From positions 1,238 to 65,237 of the forward strand of contig JBPOFZ010000027.1 of NCBI GenBank assembly GCA_051252175.1: a DNA stretch of 64,000 nt. Direction: 5' to 3'. This document shows, in pieces, positions 1-8,644 of the stretch. The position numbers were made by a program, and so were the translations under genes. Position 1 is the first letter of the stretch. Every line of letters begins with the position of its first letter. Below the pieces are notes generated by a model, which made no database searches, was not told where the DNA came from, and saw only the letters and a list, made by a program, of their open reading frames with translations. This DNA is from Opitutaceae bacterium. Its GTDB lineage: Bacteria; Verrucomicrobiota; Verrucomicrobiia; Opitutales; Coraliomargaritaceae.

Positions 1-263
1 TTTTCCAGAAGATCGAGGTAATCATTTCCCCGATCATGATCGAGCGTGGTGATCGTGTGACAGCCACAAAACCAGCACAGAGTTTCACAAAACGGCAGAT
101 GAAAATAGAGCGAAAGTGGCGCGTCGCCAACCTCGACTGAACGCAGCAAGGGCGACGAATCGGAATACTCCACAAAGTGATTCGCTGGCGGATAACTGGT
201 ATATCGTGGTCCAGGGCGATTGTATTTCTCGATGAGAAGCAGGTCTTCGGAGGAAATTTTCAT
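1..263 (-). CDS. hemN: oxygen-independent coproporphyrinogen III oxidase (radical SAM HemN), N-terminal part only; the gene runs off the left edge
   Basis: Translation of the complement from ATG (261-263) reads MKISSEDLLLIEKYNRPGPRYTSYPPANHF...PLSLYFHLPFCETLCWFCGCH. This shows the HemN 'KYNxxGPRYTSYP' N-terminus and the CxxxCxxC radical-SAM motif. It is absent from the ORF track because it is open at the window edge. Confidence 0.75.
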   Translation of the reverse strand, partial: MKISSEDLLLIEKYNRPGPRYTSYPPANHFVEYSDSSPLLRSVEVGDAPLSLYFHLPFCETLCWFCGCHTITTLDHDRGNDYLDLLE

Positions 264-339
264 GAGGCGAAAAGGTAAACCAGTTTTGATCCTTAACAAA
301 AGCATTCTTTCAGAGAATCGCTCGCACACTTGCCCTAAA

Positions 340-1227
340 ATGAAACTAGGATCTACTGGTTGCATGAAAACGATCGCCTCCGCCCTCGCGCTGCTTGCTT
401 GCTCGACCAGCATTGCTTTCTCCGCAGACCTCAAAACTATCAGAGATTTCTGGTTCAGCGGGGCTGAGATCAATCGCTACGAACTCGATCAAACCCGATA
501 CGGTGAACAGTACCCCGGACATGCGGAATTCATTTTCGTGACGGAGCCCTTTCTCACCGACAAGCAGGTGAAACATGAATTCGGGGACGGTCCCTCCACC
601 GATGTGCTCAAGCTAAACGCACTGCGCACATTCAACACTGGTCTCTACAGCTACCGCACGATGACGAGCACCTTTAGGCCGATCGACATCAAAACGTATC
701 CGCATGCCCTAAAAACCAACACGTCGATCCAGGACTGGTGCGGGCAAGCCTTTCAACAAATCAACCGAACCGATACTGGCTGGGACGTCGAGCTGCGCTC
801 CTACTTTCAAGGCAAAGGTGACTACGAAGAGAAACTACCCGACGCTTGGCTGGAAGATGAACTCTGGGTGCTAGCACGCCTCGCACCTAAGCGCTTACCT
901 ACGGGTACATTCAAGGCGATTCCGGGCGCGGTCTACACGCGATTCAACCACCAAGATATTCAACCAACCGAGGCGAACGGTAGCATTCGAGAAAACAAAA
1001 AAACGACGATCTATACACTTAGCTACCCTAAGTTGAAACGCACACTGAGCATCCACTTCGATAAAGCCTTTCCACACATCATCACTAAATGGACAGAGAA
1101 GACCGCGAAGGGAACCACGACCGCAGTGCTCAAGGAGCGCATCATGAACAGTGACTATTGGGCAAAAAATAAGCCCAAGCATGCTAACGAAAGAAAGCAG
1201 CTTGGGCTCGATCCTGTAGCGGACTAA
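340..1227 (+). CDS. secreted or lipoprotein-like hypothetical protein
   Basis: ORF 220-1227. I prefer the internal ATG at 340 because MKLGSTGCMKTIASALALLACSTSIAFSADL looks like a signal peptide, and a start at 220 would overlap the divergent hemN start. No family recognised. Confidence 0.5.
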   Translation: MKLGSTGCMKTIASALALLACSTSIAFSADLKTIRDFWFSGAEINRYELDQTRYGEQYPGHAEFIFVTEPFLTDKQVKHEFGDGPSTDVLKLNALRTFNTGLYSYRTMTSTFRPIDIKTYPHALKTNTSIQDWCGQAFQQINRTDTGWDVELRSYFQGKGDYEEKLPDAWLEDELWVLARLAPKRLPTGTFKAIPGAVYTRFNHQDIQPTEANGSIRENKKTTIYTLSYPKLKRTLSIHFDKAFPHIITKWTEKTAKGTTTAVLKERIMNSDYWAKNKPKHANERKQLGLDPVAD

Positions 1228-1233
1228 AATTCT

Positions 1234-1980
1234 CTATTCAGCAATCGCAGCCTTACGAAGCTGAGTATACCCGTTTTTCATCGAACTGTAGGGGTCGATA
1301 GAACCACCCTTTAGTTGCTCATAGCGCTGGATCAAGGTCGGGCTCGATACAACGATCTCGGAAACGGACAGCGCAGTCCCCCACTCCCAACTCCAGTTAT
1401 CGGTTAAATCAAATGGGCTCCGCAGGGGATGTGCGGCAGCATCGCCAAACAGACCGAGCGCATCGCGCAAATTGGAAGGTCCTAAAAGCGGCAGCACCAC
1501 ATACGGGCCTTCGCTCACGCCCCATGCTCCGAGAACTTGACCGATGTCCTCGGATGGAATCGGCTCAAAGCCTTCCATGTTATCAGCAGGTGTGAAAACG
1601 CCGGCAACCCCCAGCGTTGAATTGATCGCAAAGCGCCCTGTCTCTACCCAAGCACCGTCGAAACGGCCTTGTAGCACGTTGCTCACGAATCGAATGGGAT
1701 AGCGGACATTTCTGAAAGCGTTCTTCGCGCCCTCTTCGACTGGGTCTGGAGTGATCCATGTGTAAGCCTTTGAGACCGGTTCGATGACATTCAGCATCAA
1801 GAAATCATTCACACCAAATGTGAACCGATTGACCGATTCCAACGGGTCTTGAACATTAGTCATCGCGAGATCGTCGCCATAAAGATCCGCGTCGTCTTGA
1901 GCTGCGAGCGGTGAGCAGCTAAAGCAAATTAAGGCGGCGGCTAGTCCGTAAAAGGAGCGTTTAGAGAATAGTGGTTTCAT
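1234..1980 (-). CDS. mlaA: MlaA/VacJ family outer-membrane lipoprotein
   Basis: Signal/lipobox-like N-terminus (LICFSCSPLAA). VacJ-like core NRFTFGVNDF...RFVSNVLQGRF...INSTLGVAGVF. It is the last gene of the mla operon and overlaps mlaC by 20 nt. Confidence 0.8.
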   Translation of the reverse strand: MKPLFSKRSFYGLAAALICFSCSPLAAQDDADLYGDDLAMTNVQDPLESVNRFTFGVNDFLMLNVIEPVSKAYTWITPDPVEEGAKNAFRNVRYPIRFVSNVLQGRFDGAWVETGRFAINSTLGVAGVFTPADNMEGFEPIPSEDIGQVLGAWGVSEGPYVVLPLLGPSNLRDALGLFGDAAAHPLRSPFDLTDNWSWEWGTALSVSEIVVSSPTLIQRYEQLKGGSIDPYSSMKNGYTQLRKAAIAE

Positions 1981-2575
1981 CGAAGTCTTCTTTGTTTAAA
2001 AGTTCAGTTAGCTTAGTAATCAATTCCGCACCATTTCCCTTACGAAAGTGATCATCAAATTGTTGGCGATAATTGGAGACGACGCTGATGTCTTCAGCGA
2101 CAATATCGAAGAGTTCCCACTCGGATCTCATCAAACCCATGCGGTAAAGAACACGGATCGGCTTACCATCCAGCACCACGACAGAGGGGATTTCGATACG
2201 TTTTGGAGCGACCTCAATGGTCTTTTCGAAGGTCACTTCGGGGCGCAACTTCCCGTCCACACCTTTGACATACTCCTTCACGACGAGTTGTTTGACGAGC
2301 TCCAGAACTTGCTCCTGCTCACCCGCTTTCATCAAGTTCCAGTTGCGACCAATCGCACGGCGGATCAAGACCGTCATGTCGAAGTTTGATTCGATAACCT
2401 CCCGAACTTTCGCTTGTTTGTCTTCGAGCGAATGCTCAGCGCAGCAGTCGCCATAGACCGCTTCGAGCGCCCCTTCGACCGTCTGAACCAACTTTTCGGC
2501 TGGCGTCTTTGCAGCGGAAAGTTGACCCGCGAAGGTCATCAATATGCATAGTAAAACTGGAAATCGTGCTTTCAT
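1961..2575 (-). CDS. mlaC: MlaC/Ttg2D-like periplasmic phospholipid-binding protein
   Basis: 204 aa with a signal peptide (MKARFPVLLCILMTFAGQLSA). The size and the position between mlaD and mlaA fit. Similarity to the toluene-tolerance Ttg2D family is recalled from memory, not searched. Confidence 0.65.
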   Translation of the reverse strand: MKARFPVLLCILMTFAGQLSAAKTPAEKLVQTVEGALEAVYGDCCAEHSLEDKQAKVREVIESNFDMTVLIRRAIGRNWNLMKAGEQEQVLELVKQLVVKEYVKGVDGKLRPEVTFEKTIEVAPKRIEIPSVVVLDGKPIRVLYRMGLMRSEWELFDIVAEDISVVSNYRQQFDDHFRKGNGAELITKLTELLNKEDFDETTIL

Positions 2576-2592
2576 TTAGCCGACAAGAAAGT

Positions 2593-3051
2593 CTATTCCT
2601 CTGATTCGTCAATACCGCCGAGTGCAAAACGGCTAATCAAGCTTTCGATATCTAGCGCAGACTCCGTATCGACGATCATATCACCGGGCTCTAGAGGAAA
2701 TCCAGATCCGCCAGGTAGTAGATTAATGTAACGATCTCCGATCAGGCCAGCCGTCTTGACTGAAGCAATGGTATCGTCGTCTAGCTGGAGTGAATTGGGC
2801 AGTTCTAGGGTGACAATCGCAAAAAAGTTATCGTTGAGTATCACACTTTTAACCACACCGACGCGAACGCCGGCGATCTCGATTCGGCTACCGGCATTGA
2901 CGCCACTGGCACTACTGAAACGCGCTTCCAGTTCATAGCTGTCACTCCCAAAGAAACGAGCGCTGCCGACTTGGATCGCAAGATAGAGCACCGCTGCAAT
3001 CCCGACCAAGACAAAGCTGCCTACCATAAATTCGATCTTTCGATTATTCAT
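2593..3051 (-). CDS. mlaD: MlaD (MCE-domain) lipid asymmetry maintenance protein
   Basis: N-terminal TM helix (FMVGSFVLVGIAAVLYLAI) followed by an MCE-like domain (GVNAGSRIEIAGVRVGVV...TAGLIGDRYINL). ATGA start/stop overlap with mlaF. Confidence 0.8.
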   Translation of the reverse strand: MNNRKIEFMVGSFVLVGIAAVLYLAIQVGSARFFGSDSYELEARFSSASGVNAGSRIEIAGVRVGVVKSVILNDNFFAIVTLELPNSLQLDDDTIASVKTAGLIGDRYINLLPGGSGFPLEPGDMIVDTESALDIESLISRFALGGIDESEE

Positions 3052-3827
3052 AAATTTGTATCCTTCCTCTGCGAAGTCGCCTTCCGCCCGTAGTTTGCCT
3101 TGTTTAAAAATCCCGACAATGCCGACTCCGCATCTGCGTTGAGCTCCGCAGGCGGTCCGAAAAACTTGATGATTCCTTCATCCAACCAAGCGACTTTATC
3201 GCTGATCTCGAAGACCTCGGGAATGTCATGGCTCACCAACAAAGCAGTGAAGCCGAAGCGCTCACGATAGTCTGCGATCATCTCGAACACGCCAAATTTA
3301 CGCTCAGGGTCGAGTCCTGTAGTCGGCTCATCAAACAGCACGAGCTGTGGCTTCGTGATCAACGCACGGGCCAGTGCGACCCGCTTCTTCATACCCCCCG
3401 AGAGCTCACCGGGATAGCGCTGAGCGGAGTCTGAAAGCTCCAATAACTCCAGCATTTCCTCGACCTGCTTCCCTATTTCGGGGCGCTTCAGCTTAGACGC
3501 TTCAAGCAGGGGCAATGCGATATTCTCTGCCGCTGTCATCGAATCGAACAATGCATTGTTCTGAAACATGTAGCTAAAGGAAACGCCTTGCTCGCCAGCG
3601 GAACCGCGACGGCTCTTCGCAATCGTCTGACCATCGAGTTCGACCGTCCCCGCGTCTGACTGCAGCAAATTCGCGATGCATTTCAACAAAACCGATTTCC
3701 CGATGCCACTTTTGCCAATGATCGTCGTCACCGATGCGCGCGCCACATCGAGATCCAGACCATCCAACACGCGGTTCTCACCAAAGTGCTTTTTCAATCC
3801 TCGAATCTTTAGAAATACGTCGTCCAT
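3048..3827 (-). CDS. mlaF: MlaF-type ABC transporter ATP-binding protein
   Basis: Walker A GKSGIGKS, signature LSGGMKKR, Walker B LVLFDEPTTGLD. Start trimmed to the ATG at 3827 (MDDVFLKIRGL...), which forms an ATGA overlap with the mlaE stop. The longer ORF to 4061 would lie inside mlaE. Confidence 0.85.
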   Translation of the reverse strand: MDDVFLKIRGLKKHFGENRVLDGLDLDVARASVTTIIGKSGIGKSVLLKCIANLLQSDAGTVELDGQTIAKSRRGSAGEQGVSFSYMFQNNALFDSMTAAENIALPLLEASKLKRPEIGKQVEEMLELLELSDSAQRYPGELSGGMKKRVALARALITKPQLVLFDEPTTGLDPERKFGVFEMIADYRERFGFTALLVSHDIPEVFEISDKVAWLDEGIIKFFGPPAELNADAESALSGFLNKANYGRKATSQRKDTNL

Positions 3828-4603
3828 CAGATGAGAAAAGAAGTGATTAAGTAATCCGCCGCCAAGACACCGACGCTCGACCAAACAACCGCACGCGTCG
3901 CCGACTCGCTCACACCGCGCACGCCCGGGAAGGATGCTTTGCGATGCGTATTGAATCCCCGATAAGCGCAGATCAGAATGGTAATGAATCCAAAGACCAG
4001 CGCCTTGATGTAGCCACCGGAAACATCCGCCCAAGTGATACGGCTTTCGATATGGTACCAATAAACACCCGAATCGACACCCAGTAAAACACTCCCCGTC
4101 AGATAACCGCCAAAAATCCCGACGAGGTCAAAGATCGCCGTCAGCATCGGAAAGCACAACACCGCAGCAATCAGGCGCGGGCCCACCAAGTAGCCTTTGG
4201 AATCGACCCCCATGGTCTGCAAAGCGTCGATCTGCTCATCGTTACGCTGGATACCCAACTCTGAAGCCAGCGCCGAGCCAGCTTGCCCGACCACCATCAG
4301 AGCAGTCAGCACCGGTCCGAGTTCACGAACCAAAGACAAACCGACTGCATCACCCAGTGCAGCATCTGCTCCTAGCTTCACTAAAGTATAGTAGAGTTGC
4401 AGTCCCATAACCAAGCCCGTGAAGAGACCGACTGTAAAAACAATCGGCAGGCAACGCACCCCGATCTCATGGATCGCAAGTATCAGTTTAGCCAAACGAT
4501 GACGCTGCCCCACGAATCCACGCAAAGAAGCCAAGCCAAACAGGCTAATCTCTCCAAATTCGGAAACTACGGTCAAAGCCGAACGTCCAAGTGCGCGAAT
4601 CAT
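3827..4603 (-). CDS. mlaE: MlaE-type ABC transporter permease
   Basis: 258-aa polytopic membrane protein with the MlaE-like core (VRELGPVLTALMVVGQAGSALASELG). First gene of the operon. Confidence 0.85.
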   Translation of the reverse strand: MIRALGRSALTVVSEFGEISLFGLASLRGFVGQRHRLAKLILAIHEIGVRCLPIVFTVGLFTGLVMGLQLYYTLVKLGADAALGDAVGLSLVRELGPVLTALMVVGQAGSALASELGIQRNDEQIDALQTMGVDSKGYLVGPRLIAAVLCFPMLTAIFDLVGIFGGYLTGSVLLGVDSGVYWYHIESRITWADVSGGYIKALVFGFITILICAYRGFNTHRKASFPGVRGVSESATRAVVWSSVGVLAADYLITSFLI

Positions 4604-4788
4604 AAATTATAAGGTTCCAAGTGTGCTAAATTGCGGTGAATCAAACTTAATGTAGCCTTATGTAAAGACATGAAAGACCAAAATAGCGGCGCAGCAATCG
4701 ACCAGCTTCGACCGACTATCCACTAATTTTCCAATTCCTGACTTGACCCACCCATAAAGATCGCGTCATTTTCCGCGCTTCAAATGAC

Positions 4789-4863
<75 letters not shown>

Positions 4864-4949
4864 TTTGAGCAAACGCTCAAAATAACAGGTCGCATTGAAA
4901 ATTCGCCATTCTACTGGCAATTGCCGAATAGTTTGATACGCTCCAAAGC

Positions 4950-5318
4950 GTGATCATCGCCACCTACAGTAAGCCAGAAGAAGCGCACTTAGCGGCATCC
5001 TTGCTTCGTGGGAATGGAATCGAAGCTTACATCCGCGATGAGCACATGGTCAACATGCATTGGCTCTACTCAAACGCCATAGGCGGAGTGAAACTCGAAA
5101 TCGCAGAAGAAGACTACGCCGATGCACAAGAAGTGCTGAATCTTCCGAAAGAAACCGAAGGCGCTCTCCTACTCTGCCCGCATTGCGAATCGAGCAATGT
5201 CCACATGCGGGAACTCAGTCTACTCAGCGGCATTTGCCTAGCGCTCTACCTGCCGCTCCCCTTCGCATGCCGAAAAGTCGACTGCCTGGACTGCGGCAAA
5301 GAGTTTACCCACAAGTAA
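4950..5318 (+). CDS. DUF2007-like small putative signal-transducing protein with C-terminal Cys pairs
   Basis: GTG start. N-terminus IIATYSKPEEAHLAASLLRGNGIEAYIRDEH resembles the DUF2007 family. C-terminal CPHC...CLDC suggests a zinc ribbon. Confidence 0.5.
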   Translation: MIIATYSKPEEAHLAASLLRGNGIEAYIRDEHMVNMHWLYSNAIGGVKLEIAEEDYADAQEVLNLPKETEGALLLCPHCESSNVHMRELSLLSGICLALYLPLPFACRKVDCLDCGKEFTHK

Positions 5319-5495
5319 AGGCGGCAAAAATACCTTTAATGGATGCCGATATTCCAACACCGGACGGCGATCGAATCGGCAGATAGGACTCACGCAGAGA
5401 CGCAAAGTTTGTTTATCCGCAGATTTCACAGATAGGCGCAGATTTTGGGCTGAGCATACGGGGCAAGGAGGCAGATGATTCTCTCTCACCATTAA

Positions 5496-5996
5496 CGTCA
5501 ATTTCCTGGAGGGCTGCGCGCCGCCGTAGTCCTCTTCGGCAAAGACCCCGCCAAGTTTTACCACTCGCTCAGCGTTAAACTCGGCCGCTTCGCGGACGAA
5601 GTCGACATCCGCTACCAGGAAGTCATCGAGGGCAACATCATCCAAGGTCTGCCCGAAATCCTCGAACAACTGGAGCCCAAATTCAAGATACCCTCGCAAG
5701 TAAGCACCAAGTCGGCACTAAGTGCCGACCCAGTCACGGCACCAGTTACGGCACCAGTCACCGACCCAGTTACCGACCCAGTCGAAAGACTATTGCTCGC
5801 GATTGGAAATGTCGAAAAGTCATCTTCTGAATTACGTGAACAATTAGGACTCAAACACCGCCACACTTTTCGCAAGAACTACATCGAGCCAGCGATTGAG
5901 GCAGGCTATATTGAGCCCACCATCCCAGCGAAACCAAGTAGTCGTCTCCAAAAATATCGACTAACAGAATTGGGCACCAAAGCCCTAACAGATTAA
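5496..5996 (+). pseudogene. remnant of an AlbA_2/Schlafen-type 'putative DNA-binding / ATP-binding' regulator (5'-truncated, no ATG)
   Basis: The frame is open from the TAA at 5493-5495 to the stop at 5994-5996. It reads ...LRAAVVLFGKDPAKFYHSLSVKLGRFADE...PVTAPVTAPVTDPVTDPV...LKHRHTFRKNYIEPAIEAGYIEPTIPAKPSSRLQKYRLTELG. These are the typical end of an AlbA_2 domain and the typical C-terminal HTH tail of this family. There is no start codon and the central ATPase-like domain is missing. Confidence 0.5.
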
Positions 5997-6079
5997 CATG
6001 ATAAAATGCATCAGTTTAGATTTGAAGGCATAATTTATTTGCGATTCGTTTCCGCTGAAATATTGTTCACTAGATTTAT

Positions 6080-7765
6080 ATGGCTCTTGCGACACAACTG
6101 GATATTCTACTCCCCGATACTGAGGCTCACGATGCCATGCACTATTGGGCGGATTCCACTGGCGACAGTCGTGGCGAAGTATTTACCAAAACCGAAGTCG
6201 TTGAATTTATTCTGGATCTGAGCGGCTGGCGAATGGGCCAAAGCCTCGCCACTAAACGCCTACTCGAACCATCCTGTGGCTCGGGCGATTTTGTCATTCC
6301 CGCCCTGCGTCGTCTGCTAGCCGATGCGCCAAATGTATCTGCCCACGACCTACTCCCTTGCATCCGAGCGGTCGAAGTCAGCCGCGAAGCCTTTGCCGCC
6401 CTGCAACTAAGAGTCCGCACTGAACTAGAAGCACATCATTTCTCGGCCAACGATATCGACCTCCTGATTGAGACTTGGTTGATCCATGGGGACTTCCTGA
6501 CCCGCCCTTTTGCGGAACGCTTTTCCCATGTGGTCGGCAACCCGCCCTACCTCCGGATCGAAGCGCTTCCAAAACCACTCATGCAGCGCTACCGAACTCT
6601 GTTCCGCACGATGTATGATCGGGCGGACCTTTACATCGCCTTTTACGAAAAAGGACTTTCATTACTCCAAACAGAAGGTCGCTTAGGCTACATCTGCGCC
6701 AACCGGTGGACAAAAAATCGCTACGGTGGCCCACTTCGTGAACTGATTGCAAACGACTTCCACATGGATGCGTATATCGACTTCACTGGGATCGATGCCT
6801 TCCACGGAGAAGTCACTGCTTATCCATCCGTCACGATTATCCGCAATGGGCGGGGCGACATCACTCAGGTCGTGGATAAAGAAGACGTGAACTGTTCAGC
6901 ACTCCCAGAACTCTCCGAGGGCTTACTCACTCATAGTAAAGATAAGCGCATAAAACGAGCATCTCGATTTACAGACAAACGCGAGCCTTGGCTCCTATCA
7001 AACGCCGCCCAGCTTTTGGTCATTCAAGATCTAGAGCACCGCTTTCCAACCTTGGAAGAAGCTGGCTGTAAAGTCGGCATCGGCGTAGCTACTGGCGCGG
7101 ATAAAGTTTTCATCGGCACGGACGACGAACTCCCCATCGAAGCAACGCGCAAATTGCCGCTGCTCACCCGCAAGGATCTCAAAAACAATCGAATCGAGTG
7201 GACGGGGAAATACGTGCTCAACCCCTTCGACGGAGATTGCCCTCAATTAGTCGACTTAAACGACTACCCGAGACTCGGAGCCTACCTGCAAAAGCACCGC
7301 GAACAAATCCAGCGCCGCCATGTCGCCAAAAAGAGCCCGAACGCATGGTTTAAAACCATCGACCGCATCTACCCGTCTCTAACAGCAACGCCTAAGCTGG
7401 TCATTCCCGACATTCAGGGCGAACCGCAAGTCGCCTATGATCCGGGCGAGTACTACCCGCATCACAATCTCTACTACATAACCTCGCAAACTTGGAACCT
7501 CCAAGCGCTGCAAACCGTTCTCCGCAGCAGCCTAGCCAATGCCTTTGTGGCCACCTATTCCTTGCGTATGCGCGGCGACTGCCTCCGTTTTCAAGCGCAA
7601 TATCTACGCCGCATTCGACTCCCGCAGTGGAACGAGTTATCCGAGGAAACCAAAGCCGAGTTGATCGCCTTAGCCACCTCTGAAGACACCGCTAAAATCG
7701 ATAATTCTGTGCGCGAACTTTATGACCTCGACGCAGCTGCTTGGCACCGTTTGTGTAGTGATTGA
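6080..7765 (+). CDS. gamma-class N6-adenine DNA methyltransferase (Eco57I/TaqI-like, M.PaeR7I-like)
   Basis: AdoMet motif LLEPSCGSGDF followed by the catalytic motif VVGNPPYLR (motif I before motif IV = gamma order). A large C-terminal target-recognition region. Separated by 3 nt from the downstream endonuclease gene. Confidence 0.8.
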   Translation: MALATQLDILLPDTEAHDAMHYWADSTGDSRGEVFTKTEVVEFILDLSGWRMGQSLATKRLLEPSCGSGDFVIPALRRLLADAPNVSAHDLLPCIRAVEVSREAFAALQLRVRTELEAHHFSANDIDLLIETWLIHGDFLTRPFAERFSHVVGNPPYLRIEALPKPLMQRYRTLFRTMYDRADLYIAFYEKGLSLLQTEGRLGYICANRWTKNRYGGPLRELIANDFHMDAYIDFTGIDAFHGEVTAYPSVTIIRNGRGDITQVVDKEDVNCSALPELSEGLLTHSKDKRIKRASRFTDKREPWLLSNAAQLLVIQDLEHRFPTLEEAGCKVGIGVATGADKVFIGTDDELPIEATRKLPLLTRKDLKNNRIEWTGKYVLNPFDGDCPQLVDLNDYPRLGAYLQKHREQIQRRHVAKKSPNAWFKTIDRIYPSLTATPKLVIPDIQGEPQVAYDPGEYYPHHNLYYITSQTWNLQALQTVLRSSLANAFVATYSLRMRGDCLRFQAQYLRRIRLPQWNELSEETKAELIALATSEDTAKIDNSVRELYDLDAAAWHRLCSD

Positions 7766-7768
7766 CCT

Positions 7769-8503
7769 ATGGCAACTACTGACCACTCCGCCGCTATCCG
7801 AAAAGCCGTCAGATTCTACTGGCTGAGCAAGACCAAGGCTCTGAAAAAAAATCAGGCGGGCAAAAAAGCCGACGCGGGCAAACGCGGCGCAGCCACCGCC
7901 GGTAAGAATTTCGATGGGTTTGCTGAAATGTTCGCTCAACTGGCAAAGAAGCACGGTTCGAAAAATCTCCAGATCCACCAGAACAAAGCAAATGTGATTC
8001 TGCCCGGACACTTCCGCCCCAGCAAACAATGGGATCTCGTGCTGACCTTCGAAGGACGCCTCATCGCCGCCATGGAATTTAAAGCACTGGGCGGGCCCTC
8101 GTTTGGCAACAATGCCAACAACCGCTGCGAAGAAGCCCTCGGCTCAGGTCTCGACCTTTCGGTCGCCCAACGGGAAGGCCTCTTTGGCGCAGGCGCCAGC
8201 CCCTTCGTCGGTTACTGTATTCTAGTGGAAGACGAGGAAAAATCCGCCTGTCCACCCAAGCGCGGCAATCCTTCAAAGCATTTTGCAACCGATCCGGCAT
8301 TCGAGACCGCTTCCTACCAACAGCGCATGCAAATCCTCTGCGAACGCATGGTGCAAGAACGCATCTACACAGCCGCCGCCGGCGTGACCTCCCCACCCAA
8401 CGCAGCCAAGTCAGGGAAATTCAGCGACCTTTCCGTAAATACTTCACTCAACAAACTCCTCGCTAAATTTCTGGCGCATATTCAAATCGAGGCGGGTAAA
8501 TGA
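7769..8503 (+). CDS. type II restriction endonuclease, PaeR7I/XhoI-like
   Basis: 244 aa. LPGHFRPSKQWDLVL...IAAMEFKALGGPSFGNNANNRCEEALGSGLD matches my recollection of the PaeR7I family and contains a D...ExK nuclease motif. Tightly linked to the methyltransferase. Confidence 0.55.
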   Translation: MATTDHSAAIRKAVRFYWLSKTKALKKNQAGKKADAGKRGAATAGKNFDGFAEMFAQLAKKHGSKNLQIHQNKANVILPGHFRPSKQWDLVLTFEGRLIAAMEFKALGGPSFGNNANNRCEEALGSGLDLSVAQREGLFGAGASPFVGYCILVEDEEKSACPPKRGNPSKHFATDPAFETASYQQRMQILCERMVQERIYTAAAGVTSPPNAAKSGKFSDLSVNTSLNKLLAKFLAHIQIEAGK

Positions 8504-8644
8504 GTCATTTTAAAGGTTACGACATAACCCCGTCGTAGCCTATAGGCGAGCAATTGTAAACATAACGATCCATCCCGCCTTGTTCTTTGCCATGAAGCAT
8601 ATTTCAATTGCAACATCGTGGCTGATGACAATAAGGTGACTTTT

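Noticed and set aside
3828-4061. N-terminal extensions of mlaF (to 4061), rpoB (to 44289), tuf (to 48932), NmrA (to 20714) and rnhB (to 52456) given by the ORF track.
   Set aside because: Internal ATGs reproduce the canonical N-termini ([33 protein letters not shown]). The extensions overlap upstream genes or tRNAs.
4743-4771. Possible sigma70-like promoter (TTGACC ... TCATTT) in front of tRNA-Gly.
   Set aside because: The -10 is poor and promoter consensus in this lineage is unknown to me, so it is not supportable from sequence alone.
5415-5446. Short duplicated motif CCGCAGATTT...GCGCAGATTTT, reminiscent of small extragenic repeats seen in some environmental genomes.
   Set aside because: There is only one locus in this window and only about 9 nt of repeat, which is insufficient to call an element.
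5238-5699. 153-aa minus-strand ORF, plus 5060-5386 (plus strand) and 5612-5875 (minus strand).
   Set aside because: They overlap the DUF2007 gene or the regulator remnant in other frames. Part of their length comes from the PVT-repeat and CGCAGATTT repeats. No motifs.
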